From Patescibacteria group bacterium (lineage in GTDB: Bacteria > Patescibacteriota > Minisyncoccia > Minisyncoccales > Staskawiczbacteraceae): 50,628 nt of DNA. The stretch covers positions 1 through 50,628 of the forward strand of contig JAHIOM010000036.1 in assembly GCA_018895235.1 (NCBI GenBank), in the 5' to 3' direction. The notes under the pieces were generated by a model. That model did no database searches. It worked only from the letters and a program-made list of their open reading frames with translations, and was not told the origin of the DNA. Shown here piece after piece: positions 1 to 10,116 of the stretch (position 1 is its first letter; each line of letters opens with the position of its first letter). The translations under genes and the position numbers were made by a program.

Positions 1-286
1 CCTTCCAATCTACAAAAACATCATCATAGGTGTTGGCTTTTACAGAAATCGGCTGGGGATCGGTTATTTCCTTGCCGTTATTTAAAAATGAAACATAGCC
101 ATAAACGTCAGTATCTCCTATATTAAAAACCCGGGCAAAAATCCTGATGGTTTCGCCGTCAAATGGATTATCTTTAGAAAGAGTGATATCAGTATCGGCA
201 ATAGAGAGATCTGTCTTAGCAAAAACCCCAGTAGTCCCGCCCAAAAGGACCGCGAAAACAGCCAGAAATATGAATAACTTTTTCAT
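1..286 (-). CDS. Partial secreted protein (signal peptide plus CARDB/Ig-like domain), runs off the window start
   Basis: Manual translation from CAT at 284-286: MKKLFIFLAVFAVLLGGTTGVFAKTDLSIADTDITLSKDNPFDGETIRIFARVFNIGDTDV..., open to position 1. Confidence 0.7.
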   Translation of the reverse strand, partial: MKKLFIFLAVFAVLLGGTTGVFAKTDLSIADTDITLSKDNPFDGETIRIFARVFNIGDTDVYGYVSFLNNGKEITDPQPISVKANTYDDVFVDWK

Positions 287-415
287 TAATATATTTTACT
301 TGTTATTTAAGATTGAAGCAAGTCTCTCGGCAAGCCCAGAATAAGTAAAATAAGTTGAAATTTTCTTGAAAAAATATCTTCGAAATGATATTATTGAGAA
401 AATAATAATTGATTA

Positions 416-469
416 TTTACATGTTCGAACTACGATAGTATAATAAAATTAATAATAAACGTAGTTCGA
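416..469 (+). promoter_or_regulatory. Sigma70 promoter with overlapping inverted-repeat operator
   Basis: TTTACA(416-421)-17 bp-TATAAT(439-444); perfect 10-bp inverted repeat TCGAACTACG(425-434)/CGTAGTTCGA(460-469) just before ATG 471. Confidence 0.6.
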
Positions 470-470
470 T

Positions 471-1160
471 ATGTTATTAAAAACCGAAGAAAAAGAGAAA
501 GCAATAAACCTAAGGAAGAAAGGATTTTCTTATTCTGAAATTTTAAAACGAATTCCAGTTGCAAAATCAACCCTGTCTTTATGGTTACAGAGCGTAGGGT
601 TAAGCAAAAAACAAAAACAAAGATTAACAGAAAAGAAAATTGCCTCCGCATTAAGGGGGGCGAAAAAGAAAAAAGAAATTAGAATTGCGCTTACAGATGA
701 AATAAAAAACAAAGCAGAAAAGGAAATAGGTAAATTAACAAAGAGAGAATTGTGGTTAATTGGAGTAGCATTATATTGGGGGGAGGGTAGTAAAGAAAAA
801 GATAATCATCCTGGATCTCCTGTTAAATTTTCTAATTCAGATCTAAACATGATTAGGATTTTTCTTAAGTGGCTTTTAGAAATAATCAAAGTTCCCAGAG
901 AAAAAATTTATCCAGATATCTATATTCACGAAAGTCACAGAAGCAGGATAGACAAAGTAATAGATTATTGGGCCAGTAATACAGTTTTTTCTAAAAGTGA
1001 GTTTAAATATATTTATTTTAAAAAAAATAAAATAAATACAAAAAGAAAAAATATTGGAGATTCTTATTATGGTTTATTAAGAATTTGTGTGAAAACTAGC
1101 TCTACTCTAAATAGAACAATTGCTGGATGGATACAAGGTATTAATAAATGTAGTCGATAG
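471..1160 (+). CDS. N-terminal HTH plus LAGLIDADG-like domain protein, tRNA-adjacent
   Basis: HTH-like segment GFSYSEILKRIPVAKSTLSLW; LAGLIDADG-like helix IGVALYWGEGSK; ends 4 bp before tRNA-Gln. Confidence 0.6.
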   Translation: MLLKTEEKEKAINLRKKGFSYSEILKRIPVAKSTLSLWLQSVGLSKKQKQRLTEKKIASALRGAKKKKEIRIALTDEIKNKAEKEIGKLTKRELWLIGVALYWGEGSKEKDNHPGSPVKFSNSDLNMIRIFLKWLLEIIKVPREKIYPDIYIHESHRSRIDKVIDYWASNTVFSKSEFKYIYFKKNKINTKRKNIGDSYYGLLRICVKTSSTLNRTIAGWIQGINKCSR

Positions 1161-1164
1161 TTAT

Positions 1165-1235
1165 TCCGGGGTCGTCTAATGGTAGGACAACAGTTTTTGG
1201 AACTGTATATTTAGGTTCGAGTCCTAACCCCGGAA
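1165..1235 (+). tRNA. tRNA-Gln (TTG)
   Basis: Acceptor stem TCCGGGG/CCCCGGA, anticodon arm ACAGT-TTTTGGA-ACTGT, T-loop GGTTCGAGTCC; CCA not encoded. Confidence 0.95.
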
Positions 1236-1297
1236 CTAAACAAGCTAAAAGGTTTAATTTAAAAATAGGTGTTCTTTTAAAAGAAAGGAGACAAGAG

Positions 1298-1624
1298 ATG
1301 ACAAAAGAAAATCTTACACCCCTACAGATGGTAATTCTTGAAAAAATAGTGAAGAACTCGATAACTGCCATTAGCTACTATCATCCAAAAGAACAAATTG
1401 GCAAATTGACAAAAAGTTATGACGAAATACTAAGGGCCCTTGAATCTCTTAGCCGTGATTTTCAAATAATTAGACTAGATCCCGTATTGAAACTTAAGAG
1501 AAAGTTTTGGTTTAAAACAAGCTGCGGATACAGAGTGGATTTAGAAAAAGCAAAAGAGTTATACGATTCTTTGAAACCAGAAAACTCAGAACCAAAAAAA
1601 GAAAAAAAAGAAGGAGGTAGTTAA
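1298..1624 (+). CDS. Hypothetical protein (possible winged-helix)
   Basis: 108-aa ORF, no recognised motif. Confidence 0.55.
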   Translation: MTKENLTPLQMVILEKIVKNSITAISYYHPKEQIGKLTKSYDEILRALESLSRDFQIIRLDPVLKLKRKFWFKTSCGYRVDLEKAKELYDSLKPENSEPKKEKKEGGS

Positions 1625-1804
1625 ATGACCGAAGAAATAACTCCGCTCACACCAGAGCAAAAAGAAAAAATCTGGAGAGCAATTTCCGACCGCACGTTAC
1701 CGGATGATCGTGATCCTCAAGAAATTATTGCCGAAGATTATAATGGCGATGAGGATAGATATCTGCGCGTAATGGCAAATTGGCACAATATGAAACTTGA
1801 TTAA
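1625..1804 (+). CDS. Small hypothetical protein (59 aa, not in ORF track)
   Basis: MTEEITPLTPEQKEKIWRAISDRTLPDDRDPQEIIAEDYNGDEDRYLRVMANWHNMKLD; ATG abuts the previous stop and a terminator follows. Confidence 0.6.
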   Translation: MTEEITPLTPEQKEKIWRAISDRTLPDDRDPQEIIAEDYNGDEDRYLRVMANWHNMKLD

Positions 1805-1815
1805 AAACCACAAAC

Positions 1816-1846
1816 AGCCCCGAGATAACCTCAAGGGGCTTTTTTC
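1816..1846 (+). terminator. Intrinsic terminator
   Basis: AGCCCCGAG-ATAAC-CTCAAGGGGCT followed by a T-tract. Confidence 0.6.
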
Positions 1847-1982
1847 TATCTAGCCCAGTAGAGTATTTCGGCTTCTTTATGAACAGATTTTTCGGAGAAA
1901 AATGCTGCCAAAATTCTTCTACTGGGTTGAAAATCACCTGTTTTAGGGGTAAAGTGAAGATAATATTCAAAACAAACGAAGT

Positions 1983-2510
1983 ATGGCAGAAGTTAAAATT
2001 TTAGTTCAAGGTTATGCAACCTGCGCCACAATTACTCTGGTTCGAGATAAAAACATTGTAATGGTTTGCGACCCGGGTATTTTGGACAGTCAGCAGATTT
2101 TAGTTGATGCGCTGGCAAAAGAGGGGTTGACCATAAACGACGTTAACTATGTTTTTATAACCCACTCCCACATTGACCATTACCGAAATATCGGAATGTT
2201 TCCGAACGCCAAAACCTTGGAATACTATGGAATTTGGACCGGTGGTAAAGTAGAGGAATGGAAGGAGCAATTTACCGACGATATTAAAATTATAAAAACT
2301 CCGGGTCACAACTACGATGGCCTTACCCTTTTTGTCAAAACAAAAGAGGGGACAGTTGCTATTTGCGGCGATGTTTTTTGGAAAGAAAACTATCCGGAAA
2401 ACGACCAATATGCTTCTGACCCCGAAAAATTGCAAGAATCCCGCCAAAAAGTTTTACAACTCGCCGATTTTATCATCCCCGGCCACGCCGGAATGTATAA
2501 AGTTAAATAA
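1983..2510 (+). CDS. MBL-fold metallo-hydrolase
   Basis: THSHIDH motif, TPGH, CGD, IIPGH. Confidence 0.9.
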   Translation: MAEVKILVQGYATCATITLVRDKNIVMVCDPGILDSQQILVDALAKEGLTINDVNYVFITHSHIDHYRNIGMFPNAKTLEYYGIWTGGKVEEWKEQFTDDIKIIKTPGHNYDGLTLFVKTKEGTVAICGDVFWKENYPENDQYASDPEKLQESRQKVLQLADFIIPGHAGMYKVK

Positions 2511-2663
2511 TTATGAAAATAAAGGATTTGTAAAAATAGAAAAACCCCTAACAGAGTGAATGTAATATTAATAAACTTCTTGACTTTTTTAATCTTCTTT
2601 TGTATCATTTCAATATTGGGACATATAAGTCCCATAAATGAATCTATATTACGAATGAGGAAT

Positions 2664-2705
2664 AAAAGTAAAAATTTATTTTTACTTTTCGATCGAATAA
2701 AGTAA
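2664..2705. promoter_or_regulatory. Tandem inverted repeats upstream of the abiE operon (putative antitoxin operator)
   Basis: AAAAGTAAAAAT-TT-ATTTTTACTTTT (12-bp perfect IR) followed by an imperfect palindrome around TTCGATCGAA. Confidence 0.5.
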
Positions 2706-2731
2706 TATATAATTTATTTATAGATTCTATT

Positions 2732-3373
2732 ATGAAAAGAAAAAACGACCACAAACTTAATACTATCAATGTGCAAAGATTTATTAGAGAAAAATCAAAA
2801 CAGATTTTCTCGCCTTTAGATTTACAAAGATGTTTTAAGGTAAATTATGATACCGCTAGAAAATTCATCTTAAGAGGTGTTAATAAAAATATATATCTTA
2901 AATTAAAAAAGGGGCTTTATTCTTTAGCCGAGACGCCGCCGAATAATTATTTAATTGCTAATCGTCTATATGAACCATCTTATATTTCTTTTGACACAGC
3001 GCTTTCTTGTTATGGCATCATTCCCGAAACCATTTATTCAATTACTTCGGCAACCACTAAAGCAACTCGTCGCTTCATCGTTAAGGGAGTAGAGTATACC
3101 TATAAAAAGCTCAAAAAGGATTTTTTCACCGGTTATCGAGCCGTTAAATATCAAGGAGAAATAGTTTTATTGGCTGAGCCGGAAAAAGCTTTAGCCGACT
3201 ATTTATATTTTATTGAATTGAAAAAACGAAATCTCTCATATGAAAGATTAAACTTAAAAAAAATACAAAAAAGCAAATTGATAACTTATGTGAAATTATT
3301 CAAACGTCCAAAAATGAATAATTTAATTAAAAATATTTATGCTTACTCTCGAAAATCTCAAAGAATTTACTAA
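2732..3373 (+). CDS. abiEi: Type IV TA antitoxin, AbiEi family
   Basis: LYEPSYISFDTAL, PEKALADYLY motifs; directly upstream of and overlapping a nucleotidyltransferase toxin. Confidence 0.8.
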   Translation: MKRKNDHKLNTINVQRFIREKSKQIFSPLDLQRCFKVNYDTARKFILRGVNKNIYLKLKKGLYSLAETPPNNYLIANRLYEPSYISFDTALSCYGIIPETIYSITSATTKATRRFIVKGVEYTYKKLKKDFFTGYRAVKYQGEIVLLAEPEKALADYLYFIELKKRNLSYERLNLKKIQKSKLITYVKLFKRPKMNNLIKNIYAYSRKSQRIY

Positions 3374-4067
3374 TAAAAACCAAACAAGATTAGAAAATAT
3401 CATTCGTGAATATATTCAGCATTTGTTTTTATCGTCTCTTTATAAAATAAAGGGTTCGGAGAAATTGCTTTTTAAGGGCGGGACGGCCCTTAAAATTATT
3501 TACGGCAGCCCCCGTTTTTCTGAGGATTTGGATTTCGATGGGCAAAATATTTATCAATCTAAAGTAATTGACGATTTATTTTTGAAAACGATTTCAGAGC
3601 TCGAAAAAACTGGTATTGAAATTGGTCTAAAAGAAGCGAAAAAAACCACCGGCGGCTATTTAGGAATAATTAATTATCGTCTTTATGATATTTCAAAAGA
3701 AATGAAATTTGAAATTTCTTTGAGAAATGGAGGAAAAGCCGATTACGAGGTGACCACCATTGTTAGTGACTATCTGCCGTTATATTCCATTATCCATTCA
3801 CCTGGTAAAAAGATAGTTCAGGGAAAAATAAATGCCTTGTTAGACAGAGGAAAACCAAGAGATTACTATGATATTTATTTTATTCTACGTCATCCAGAAT
3901 TTCGCAGATTTATCAACAAAAATCAACTAAAAAGAATTGAAGAAAATTTAAAGAAAACAGAAATTAATTTTAAAAGAGAATTATCGGTTTTATTACCAGT
4001 AAGCCATCAGATGATTTTAAAAGATTTTGAAAAAACCCTGAGCCGAGAAATTAAAAAATATTTATAA
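3339..4067 (+). CDS. abiEii: Nucleotidyltransferase toxin, AbiEii/AbiGii family
   Basis: FKGGTALK...RFSEDLDF and RDYYD motifs. Confidence 0.9.
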   Translation: MLTLENLKEFTNKNQTRLENIIREYIQHLFLSSLYKIKGSEKLLFKGGTALKIIYGSPRFSEDLDFDGQNIYQSKVIDDLFLKTISELEKTGIEIGLKEAKKTTGGYLGIINYRLYDISKEMKFEISLRNGGKADYEVTTIVSDYLPLYSIIHSPGKKIVQGKINALLDRGKPRDYYDIYFILRHPEFRRFINKNQLKRIEENLKKTEINFKRELSVLLPVSHQMILKDFEKTLSREIKKYL

Positions 4068-4073
4068 AATTTT

Positions 4074-4742
4074 ATGAACCTAAAATCTTTGCCAAAAGCC
4101 GACCGCCCAAGAGAAAAACTAATTCAAAAAGGCCCTCAAAATTTAAAAGACGAGGAGCTTTTAGCGATTTTACTGGGTACGGGAGTTGAAGGCAAAAATG
4201 TGCTCGAAGTTGCCAAACAAATTTTAAGGAAATATTCTAAGAAAAGATTGTTAAAGATGCAATATAACGACCTGTCAAAAATTAAAGGAGTGGGACCAGC
4301 CAAGGCCTGTACTATTCTGGCAGCCCAAGAATTAATCAAAAGAGCTTTAGAAATAGGGGAGGAAACCCTACCCATTATCCGTTCAACTAAAGACGTCATC
4401 GCTCAATTTACTTATTTGCGAGATAAATCACGCGAACATTTAGCCGGGCTTTATCTTAACGCTCGAAATGAAATGGTTCACAAAAAACACCTTTTTGTCG
4501 GTACCTTAAATGCTAATTTAGTCCACCCGAGGGAAATTTTTGAGTATGCTCTTCTTGGAAACGCCGCTTCGGTGATTTTGGTTCATAATCACCCTTCCGG
4601 CGACCCCGAGCCGTCAGAAGATGATTTAGCAATTACCAAACGTATAATTGAAGCTGGCAAAATAATGGGAATTGACGTTTTAGACCACATAATAATCACC
4701 AAAACCAAAATTTTTAGTTTTAAAGAGAAAAAGTTAATATAA
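4074..4742 (+). CDS. radC: RadC family JAB-domain protein
   Basis: RPREKL, VHPREIF, HNHPSGDPEPSEDD, LDHIII. Confidence 0.95.
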   Translation: MNLKSLPKADRPREKLIQKGPQNLKDEELLAILLGTGVEGKNVLEVAKQILRKYSKKRLLKMQYNDLSKIKGVGPAKACTILAAQELIKRALEIGEETLPIIRSTKDVIAQFTYLRDKSREHLAGLYLNARNEMVHKKHLFVGTLNANLVHPREIFEYALLGNAASVILVHNHPSGDPEPSEDDLAITKRIIEAGKIMGIDVLDHIIITKTKIFSFKEKKLI

Positions 4743-4748
4743 AATAAT

Positions 4749-6737
4749 ATGCCACAAGATTTCTATTCTAAATTAGAGAAATTACTTAAAAAGGACTCTC
4801 GTTTTATAGACCAAGAGGGTGATTTATTAAAAAGTAATGTAATTGACGCGGCTTATAAGGCAGATAAAAAACTCGTTGAATTACTATTCTCTCAGAGAGA
4901 ATTTAAAAGCAAGTTCTTCAGTAAAATTAAAGACGTGCTAGTTTTTAATATTAATGATTTCGTAAATTATATTCAGGACAAAAATTTTCTGGCGGATTCT
5001 TATACTAAATATAGGAATAAAATTGGGTTGAATATTGATGGCAAGTTTTTGAACGAACGCAAAGAGGTGACACTTGTATGGCCTTTTAAAGATTGTATTT
5101 TAGAGGGTGGGATGACTAAAGAAGACGAAAAGCGAGAAGAAATATTTTTTAATGAAACTTTGGCCCAAGATGAAATTGATAAATTATTAGCGCCAAAGGT
5201 TTTAACTAATTGGAAAAGATATACTCAAAAAGGTGAAGAAAAAGTAAAAGAGTTAAAAAGAGATAAAGATGGGGTAACTCGGGAAAATTTAATTATCAAA
5301 GGCAATAATCTTCTGGCACTTCATTCCTTGAAACAACAATTTCAAGGAGAAATAAAGCTTATCTACATTGACCCACCGTATAATATCGGGGGAGATTTTC
5401 AATATAATGATAGTTTCAATCATTCTACTTGGCTGACTTTTATAAAAAATCGTTTAGAAATTGCAAGAGATTTATTGGCAGAAGATGGAGCAATTTTTGT
5501 CCAAATTGATCATCACGAAGTTTCTTATCTTAACGCATTAATGGACGAAGTTTTTGGTCCCGAAAATAAAGTTCAAATAATTTCATTAAAGGTATCTGCG
5601 GCATCGGGTTTTAAAGCGGTTAATCCTGGGCCAATTGACGTAACGGAATTTATTTTTTTCTATACAAAAAATAAAAATAATTTTATTTTCCAAAAAAATT
5701 ATATTGCCACCGGTTACCACGAAAATTACAATTTATATTTAGAAAAAGTAGGCAAAGTTGAAAATTGGAAATTAATTCCGCTTAAAGAAAAAGTTATTAA
5801 AGAAAATGGATATAAAAGCGAGAAAGAAATTAAACAAAAATATGGTGATGTTGCAGATATTATAATTAAAAAAATGATTTCTGATTTCGCTTTTACCCAT
5901 GCAGATAAAGTGGTAAGTATAAGAGATTTACACAAACCATCGGAAAAGACGAGACGCTTAAAAGAAGAATCTCGTAGGATTAGAGATAAAATTATTCCAT
6001 TGAAAAAAGCAGATGGCTCTTATACTTATTTGATAAATGGCGGAGTGATAGCTTTTTATTCTAATAAAATTAAAAACTTAGATGGAAAGCCAAGAGTTGT
6101 AGAACTGTTGACTAATTTTTGGAATCATATTTCTTGGGCAGGTATAGCTCGTGAAGGGGGAGTTAAACTTAGGAATGGCAAAAAGCCGGAAAAATTAATT
6201 AAGCAAATTATAGAAATTGCTGGGATTAAACAAGATGATGTGATTTTAGATTTTTTTCTAGGAAGTGGAACAACTTGTGCGGTCGCTCATAAATTAGGAA
6301 TACAATATATAGGAGTTGAACAGTTAGATTATAGCGATAATGATTCGATTGTTCGTTTAAAAAATGTTATCAATGGCGATCAATCCGGAATTTCGAAAGT
6401 CGTAAAATGGAAAAGCGGTGGAGATTTTGTTTATTGTGAGCTGATGAAATACAATGAGCTATTTGTAGAAGAAACCCAAAAAGCTAAAAATATAAAAGAG
6501 CTTTTGAAAATTTGGGAAGAGATGAAAGAAAAAAGTTTCTTGAATTATAACGTTGATATCAAAAAATTTGACGAGACAATTGATGAATTTAAAAAACTTT
6601 CTTTTGCGAGGCAAAAACATATCCTTTTTGAAATCCTCAACAAAAACCAACTTTATGTAAATTTTTCAGAAATTAATGACTCAGAATTTAAAGTTAATAA
6701 AGAGGATAAAGAGTTAAATAAAGAATTTTATGGATAA
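4749..6737 (+). CDS. mod: Type III restriction-modification methyltransferase (Mod)
   Basis: IYIDPPYN and DFFLGSGTT motifs, central TRD-like region. Confidence 0.9.
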   Translation: MPQDFYSKLEKLLKKDSRFIDQEGDLLKSNVIDAAYKADKKLVELLFSQREFKSKFFSKIKDVLVFNINDFVNYIQDKNFLADSYTKYRNKIGLNIDGKFLNERKEVTLVWPFKDCILEGGMTKEDEKREEIFFNETLAQDEIDKLLAPKVLTNWKRYTQKGEEKVKELKRDKDGVTRENLIIKGNNLLALHSLKQQFQGEIKLIYIDPPYNIGGDFQYNDSFNHSTWLTFIKNRLEIARDLLAEDGAIFVQIDHHEVSYLNALMDEVFGPENKVQIISLKVSAASGFKAVNPGPIDVTEFIFFYTKNKNNFIFQKNYIATGYHENYNLYLEKVGKVENWKLIPLKEKVIKENGYKSEKEIKQKYGDVADIIIKKMISDFAFTHADKVVSIRDLHKPSEKTRRLKEESRRIRDKIIPLKKADGSYTYLINGGVIAFYSNKIKNLDGKPRVVELLTNFWNHISWAGIAREGGVKLRNGKKPEKLIKQIIEIAGIKQDDVILDFFLGSGTTCAVAHKLGIQYIGVEQLDYSDNDSIVRLKNVINGDQSGISKVVKWKSGGDFVYCELMKYNELFVEETQKAKNIKELLKIWEEMKEKSFLNYNVDIKKFDETIDEFKKLSFARQKHILFEILNKNQLYVNFSEINDSEFKVNKEDKELNKEFYG

Positions 6738-7518
6738 TCAAACGGAAGAAGAAATTATAGAAAAAGTAAGTAAACACGAGTTTTATTTTGAAACTCCGCT
6801 TTACGATGTTATAGAAATTGGTAAATTGGATGATGATTTGTTCAAGGGTGATGTAGATGCGTATAACTCCGCTAGTGGTTTTGATACGACATACGAGATT
6901 GAAACAAGTCATATTGGTTATCACGATAATGATTATCAGGGTTTTTATACTGTAACTCTGACATGCAAAAGAAAAGGCGCTGATAAGCTAAGATTTTTTA
7001 TTTATAAAAACAAGGAAGTTGTTGTTAAACTTGGTCAGTACCCATCTCTGGTTGATATTCAATTTTCAGAAATTGGTAAAAAATATGACAGGTTCCTGTC
7101 TCAAGAAGCATTAAAAGAATTTAAGAGAGCAATAGGCCTTGTAACTCATGGTGTAGGTGTGGGTTCGTTTGTGTATTTACGAAGAATTTTTGAGAATTTG
7201 ATATATGAGGCATTTTATGAACATGAGAAAGAAACCGGTATTACCAAAGAAGAATTTTCTAAAAAAAGAATGGAGGATAAAGTTGATATTTTAAAGAAGT
7301 ATCTCCCAAGTCAGCTTGTCGCCATGAAGAGTATATATTCAATTCTAAGTAAGGGAATTCACGAATTGAACGAGCAAATATGTCTTAGATATTTTCCTGC
7401 ATTGAAATTGTCTATTGAATTGGTTTTGGAGCAAAAAATTGATATGGAAATTAAAGAAAAAAGAGATCGAGATGTAAAAAAGCAAATAGAAAGTATAAGC
7501 AAAGAAATTAGTAAATAA
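6730..7518 (+). CDS. Hypothetical protein with possible DUF4145/HEPN-like C-terminal domain, between mod and res
   Basis: 262 aa, overlaps the mod stop and ends 3 bp before res; segment FKRAIGL...VGSFVYLRRIFENLI...LSKGIHEL resembles DUF4145-type helical domains (from recall). Confidence 0.5.
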   Translation: MDNQTEEEIIEKVSKHEFYFETPLYDVIEIGKLDDDLFKGDVDAYNSASGFDTTYEIETSHIGYHDNDYQGFYTVTLTCKRKGADKLRFFIYKNKEVVVKLGQYPSLVDIQFSEIGKKYDRFLSQEALKEFKRAIGLVTHGVGVGSFVYLRRIFENLIYEAFYEHEKETGITKEEFSKKRMEDKVDILKKYLPSQLVAMKSIYSILSKGIHELNEQICLRYFPALKLSIELVLEQKIDMEIKEKRDRDVKKQIESISKEISK

Positions 7519-7521
7519 TTT

Positions 7522-10113
7522 ATGCCTCAGCAATTTCTCTACGAACAATTAGATGGTGCTTCAAAAATGGGGCTTCTTAAAAAGGAAGTTCCGGATTTTT
7601 TGGTTGAAAACTTGAATCCAAATTTTGAATTGAGAGGATATCAAAAAGAGGCATTCGCGAGATTTTTTCATTGCTATAATGGCGATTATGAGAATAAAGA
7701 ATATCCTCTACATTTTCTTTTTAATATGGCCACGGGTTCCGGAAAAACCTTAATAATGGCAGGGCTCATTTTATATTTATACGAGCAGGGCTATCGTAAT
7801 TTTTTATTTTTTGTTAATTCAACGAATATTATTGAAAAAACCAAAGACAATTTTTTGAATAATTTATCCAGTAAATATTTATTTAATGACAAGATATTTT
7901 TCGATAACAAACAGGTTCAAATTAAACAAGTTGACAATTTTGACGGAACGAGCAATCAAGATATCAATATTTGTTTTACTACTATCCAAAAGTTGCACGG
8001 TGATTTATACAACGAAAAAGAAAACTCTTTAACTTCGGAAGATTTTAAGAATAAAAAAATAGTTTTGCTTGCCGATGAGGCGCATCATAGCCAAGTACAA
8101 ACCAGAAATGGCCAAAGAGAAATATTTGAGAAGCCGAATTGGGAGAATACAGTTGAAAAGATTTTCAAACAAAATACCAGTAATCTACTTTTAGAATTTA
8201 CGGCCACACTTGATTTGTCTCAGAGAGAAATAAATGAAAAATATAGAAATAAGATTATTTATAAATACGATCTAAAAGAGTTTAGAAATGATGGCTATTC
8301 AAAAGACGTGGAATTGTTGCATACAGATACGGATAGGCGAGATAGGATAATTCAAGCCATAATCTTAAGTCAATACAGGCAGGAAGTTGCTGGTAAACAT
8401 GGAATTAATCTTAAACCGGTAATTCTATTTAAAGCCCAGAAAACAATAGCCCAATCGGAAGATAACAAGAAATTGTTTCATAAAATAATAGAAAGTCTGT
8501 CAGTAAAGGATATTGAGGGTACCAGAAAAAGAAGCAATATAGAAATTTTGCAAAAAGCGTTCAGTTTTTTTAAGGAGAATAAAATTAGTAATACTATTTT
8601 AGTTAAAAAGCTAAAAGATGGTTTTGCTGAAAACAAAACGTTAAGCGTTAACGAAGAACAAGAAAAGGAAAAATATCAATTACTTCTAAACTCTCTTGAA
8701 GATAAAAACAATCAAATTAGAGCAATTTTTGCGGTACAGAAGCTGAATGAAGGTTGGGATGTATTGAATTTATTTGATATTGTCCGGCTTTATGAAACAA
8801 GGGATGGTAAAAATAACAGGCCAGGGAAGACTACGATTTCCGAAGCTCAATTAATTGGCCGTGGCGCTCGTTATTTTCCATTTAAATTAAGTGAAACAGA
8901 TGATAAATTTAAACGCAAATATGATAAAGAATTACAAAATGAATTAAGAGTTCTGGAAGAGCTGCATTATCATAGCCATAATGAGTCAAGATATATATCA
9001 GAAATTAGGATAGCTTTAGTCGAAGAAGGGATGATTGATGAAAACGAATTGGAGGTCGAATTAAAAATGAAAGAAGAGTTCAAAAAAACACCTTTTTATA
9101 AATCTGGACTAATTTATGCAAACGAAAAAATAAAGAGAAGTTTTGAAAAAGTTAAATCCCTTGATGATTTGGGCGTGAAGAAAAAAAATATAGTGACTCG
9201 AATTATGTCTGGCGGCGGTATGACAACTGCATTATTTGAAAAAGGTTTAGTTATGAAAGAAGGAGTACAAAGAGTTAGGGAGGATTTTAAGATTAAAAAT
9301 TTTGAACCACATATTGTTAAAAATGCTTTAACTAGGAATGAATTTTTTAATTTTTCTTCGTTAAAGAATTACTTTCCGAAATTAACCTCGATTAGAGAGT
9401 TTATTGAAAGTGATAAATATCTAGCTAATTTTGGCATTACTTTCGAGATGGAAAGGTATGCGACTGCGATAGATAATTTAGAGAAATTCAAAGCCATTAT
9501 TAAGTTATTAGAGCAAATAGAAGGAGAAATAAAAGAAAATTTAACAGAATATATTGGGAGCGAAGAATTTACTCCGACTTTTATAAAAAATCACAGAATT
9601 TCTAAAGATAAGAAAATTAAAGTTAAAAAAGACAGCGAGAGATTAGATGGACAGGAAGAATTTTTAGAGGATAAAGATTGGTATGTCTTTAATGCGAACT
9701 ATGGCACTAGTCAGGAAAAAGATTTTGTTAAAATGTTTGCTAGCCAGATAAATGATTTGCGAAGGAAATTTAAGCAGATCTATTTATTCCGCAACGAAAA
9801 ACAATTGAAAATTTATAACTTTAGCAATGGCCAAGCATTTGAACCTGATTATCTTTTATTCCTAGTTAATAAAGTAGGAAATAGCATTACTTATCAGTTG
9901 TTTTTAGAGCCCAAGGGTAAGTATCTAGTCGAAGGCGAAAAATGGAAGAATCAATTTTTAGAGAACATTAGAGATAAATTCAAAGATAAAATTCTGGAAT
10001 TTTCAAAATCAAAAAAATATAAAATCACTGGGGTACCATTTTATCAGAGTGAAAATGAAAATGAGTTTAAGAGAAAATTATTGGAAACCATAGGAATAAA
10101 CTCGAAAAATTAA
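7522..10113 (+). CDS. res: Type III restriction endonuclease/helicase (Res)
   Basis: MATGSGKT, DEAHH, QLIGRGARY, C-terminal FEPDY...FLEPKG nuclease motif. Confidence 0.9.
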   Translation: MPQQFLYEQLDGASKMGLLKKEVPDFLVENLNPNFELRGYQKEAFARFFHCYNGDYENKEYPLHFLFNMATGSGKTLIMAGLILYLYEQGYRNFLFFVNSTNIIEKTKDNFLNNLSSKYLFNDKIFFDNKQVQIKQVDNFDGTSNQDINICFTTIQKLHGDLYNEKENSLTSEDFKNKKIVLLADEAHHSQVQTRNGQREIFEKPNWENTVEKIFKQNTSNLLLEFTATLDLSQREINEKYRNKIIYKYDLKEFRNDGYSKDVELLHTDTDRRDRIIQAIILSQYRQEVAGKHGINLKPVILFKAQKTIAQSEDNKKLFHKIIESLSVKDIEGTRKRSNIEILQKAFSFFKENKISNTILVKKLKDGFAENKTLSVNEEQEKEKYQLLLNSLEDKNNQIRAIFAVQKLNEGWDVLNLFDIVRLYETRDGKNNRPGKTTISEAQLIGRGARYFPFKLSETDDKFKRKYDKELQNELRVLEELHYHSHNESRYISEIRIALVEEGMIDENELEVELKMKEEFKKTPFYKSGLIYANEKIKRSFEKVKSLDDLGVKKKNIVTRIMSGGGMTTALFEKGLVMKEGVQRVREDFKIKNFEPHIVKNALTRNEFFNFSSLKNYFPKLTSIREFIESDKYLANFGITFEMERYATAIDNLEKFKAIIKLLEQIEGEIKENLTEYIGSEEFTPTFIKNHRISKDKKIKVKKDSERLDGQEEFLEDKDWYVFNANYGTSQEKDFVKMFASQINDLRRKFKQIYLFRNEKQLKIYNFSNGQAFEPDYLLFLVNKVGNSITYQLFLEPKGKYLVEGEKWKNQFLENIRDKFKDKILEFSKSKKYKITGVPFYQSENENEFKRKLLETIGINSKN

Positions 10114-10116
10114 TTG

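Noticed and set aside
2390-2635. Minus-strand 81-aa ORF and the many other short antisense ORFs in the track
   Set aside because: They overlap well-supported genes on the other strand and have no recognisable motifs.
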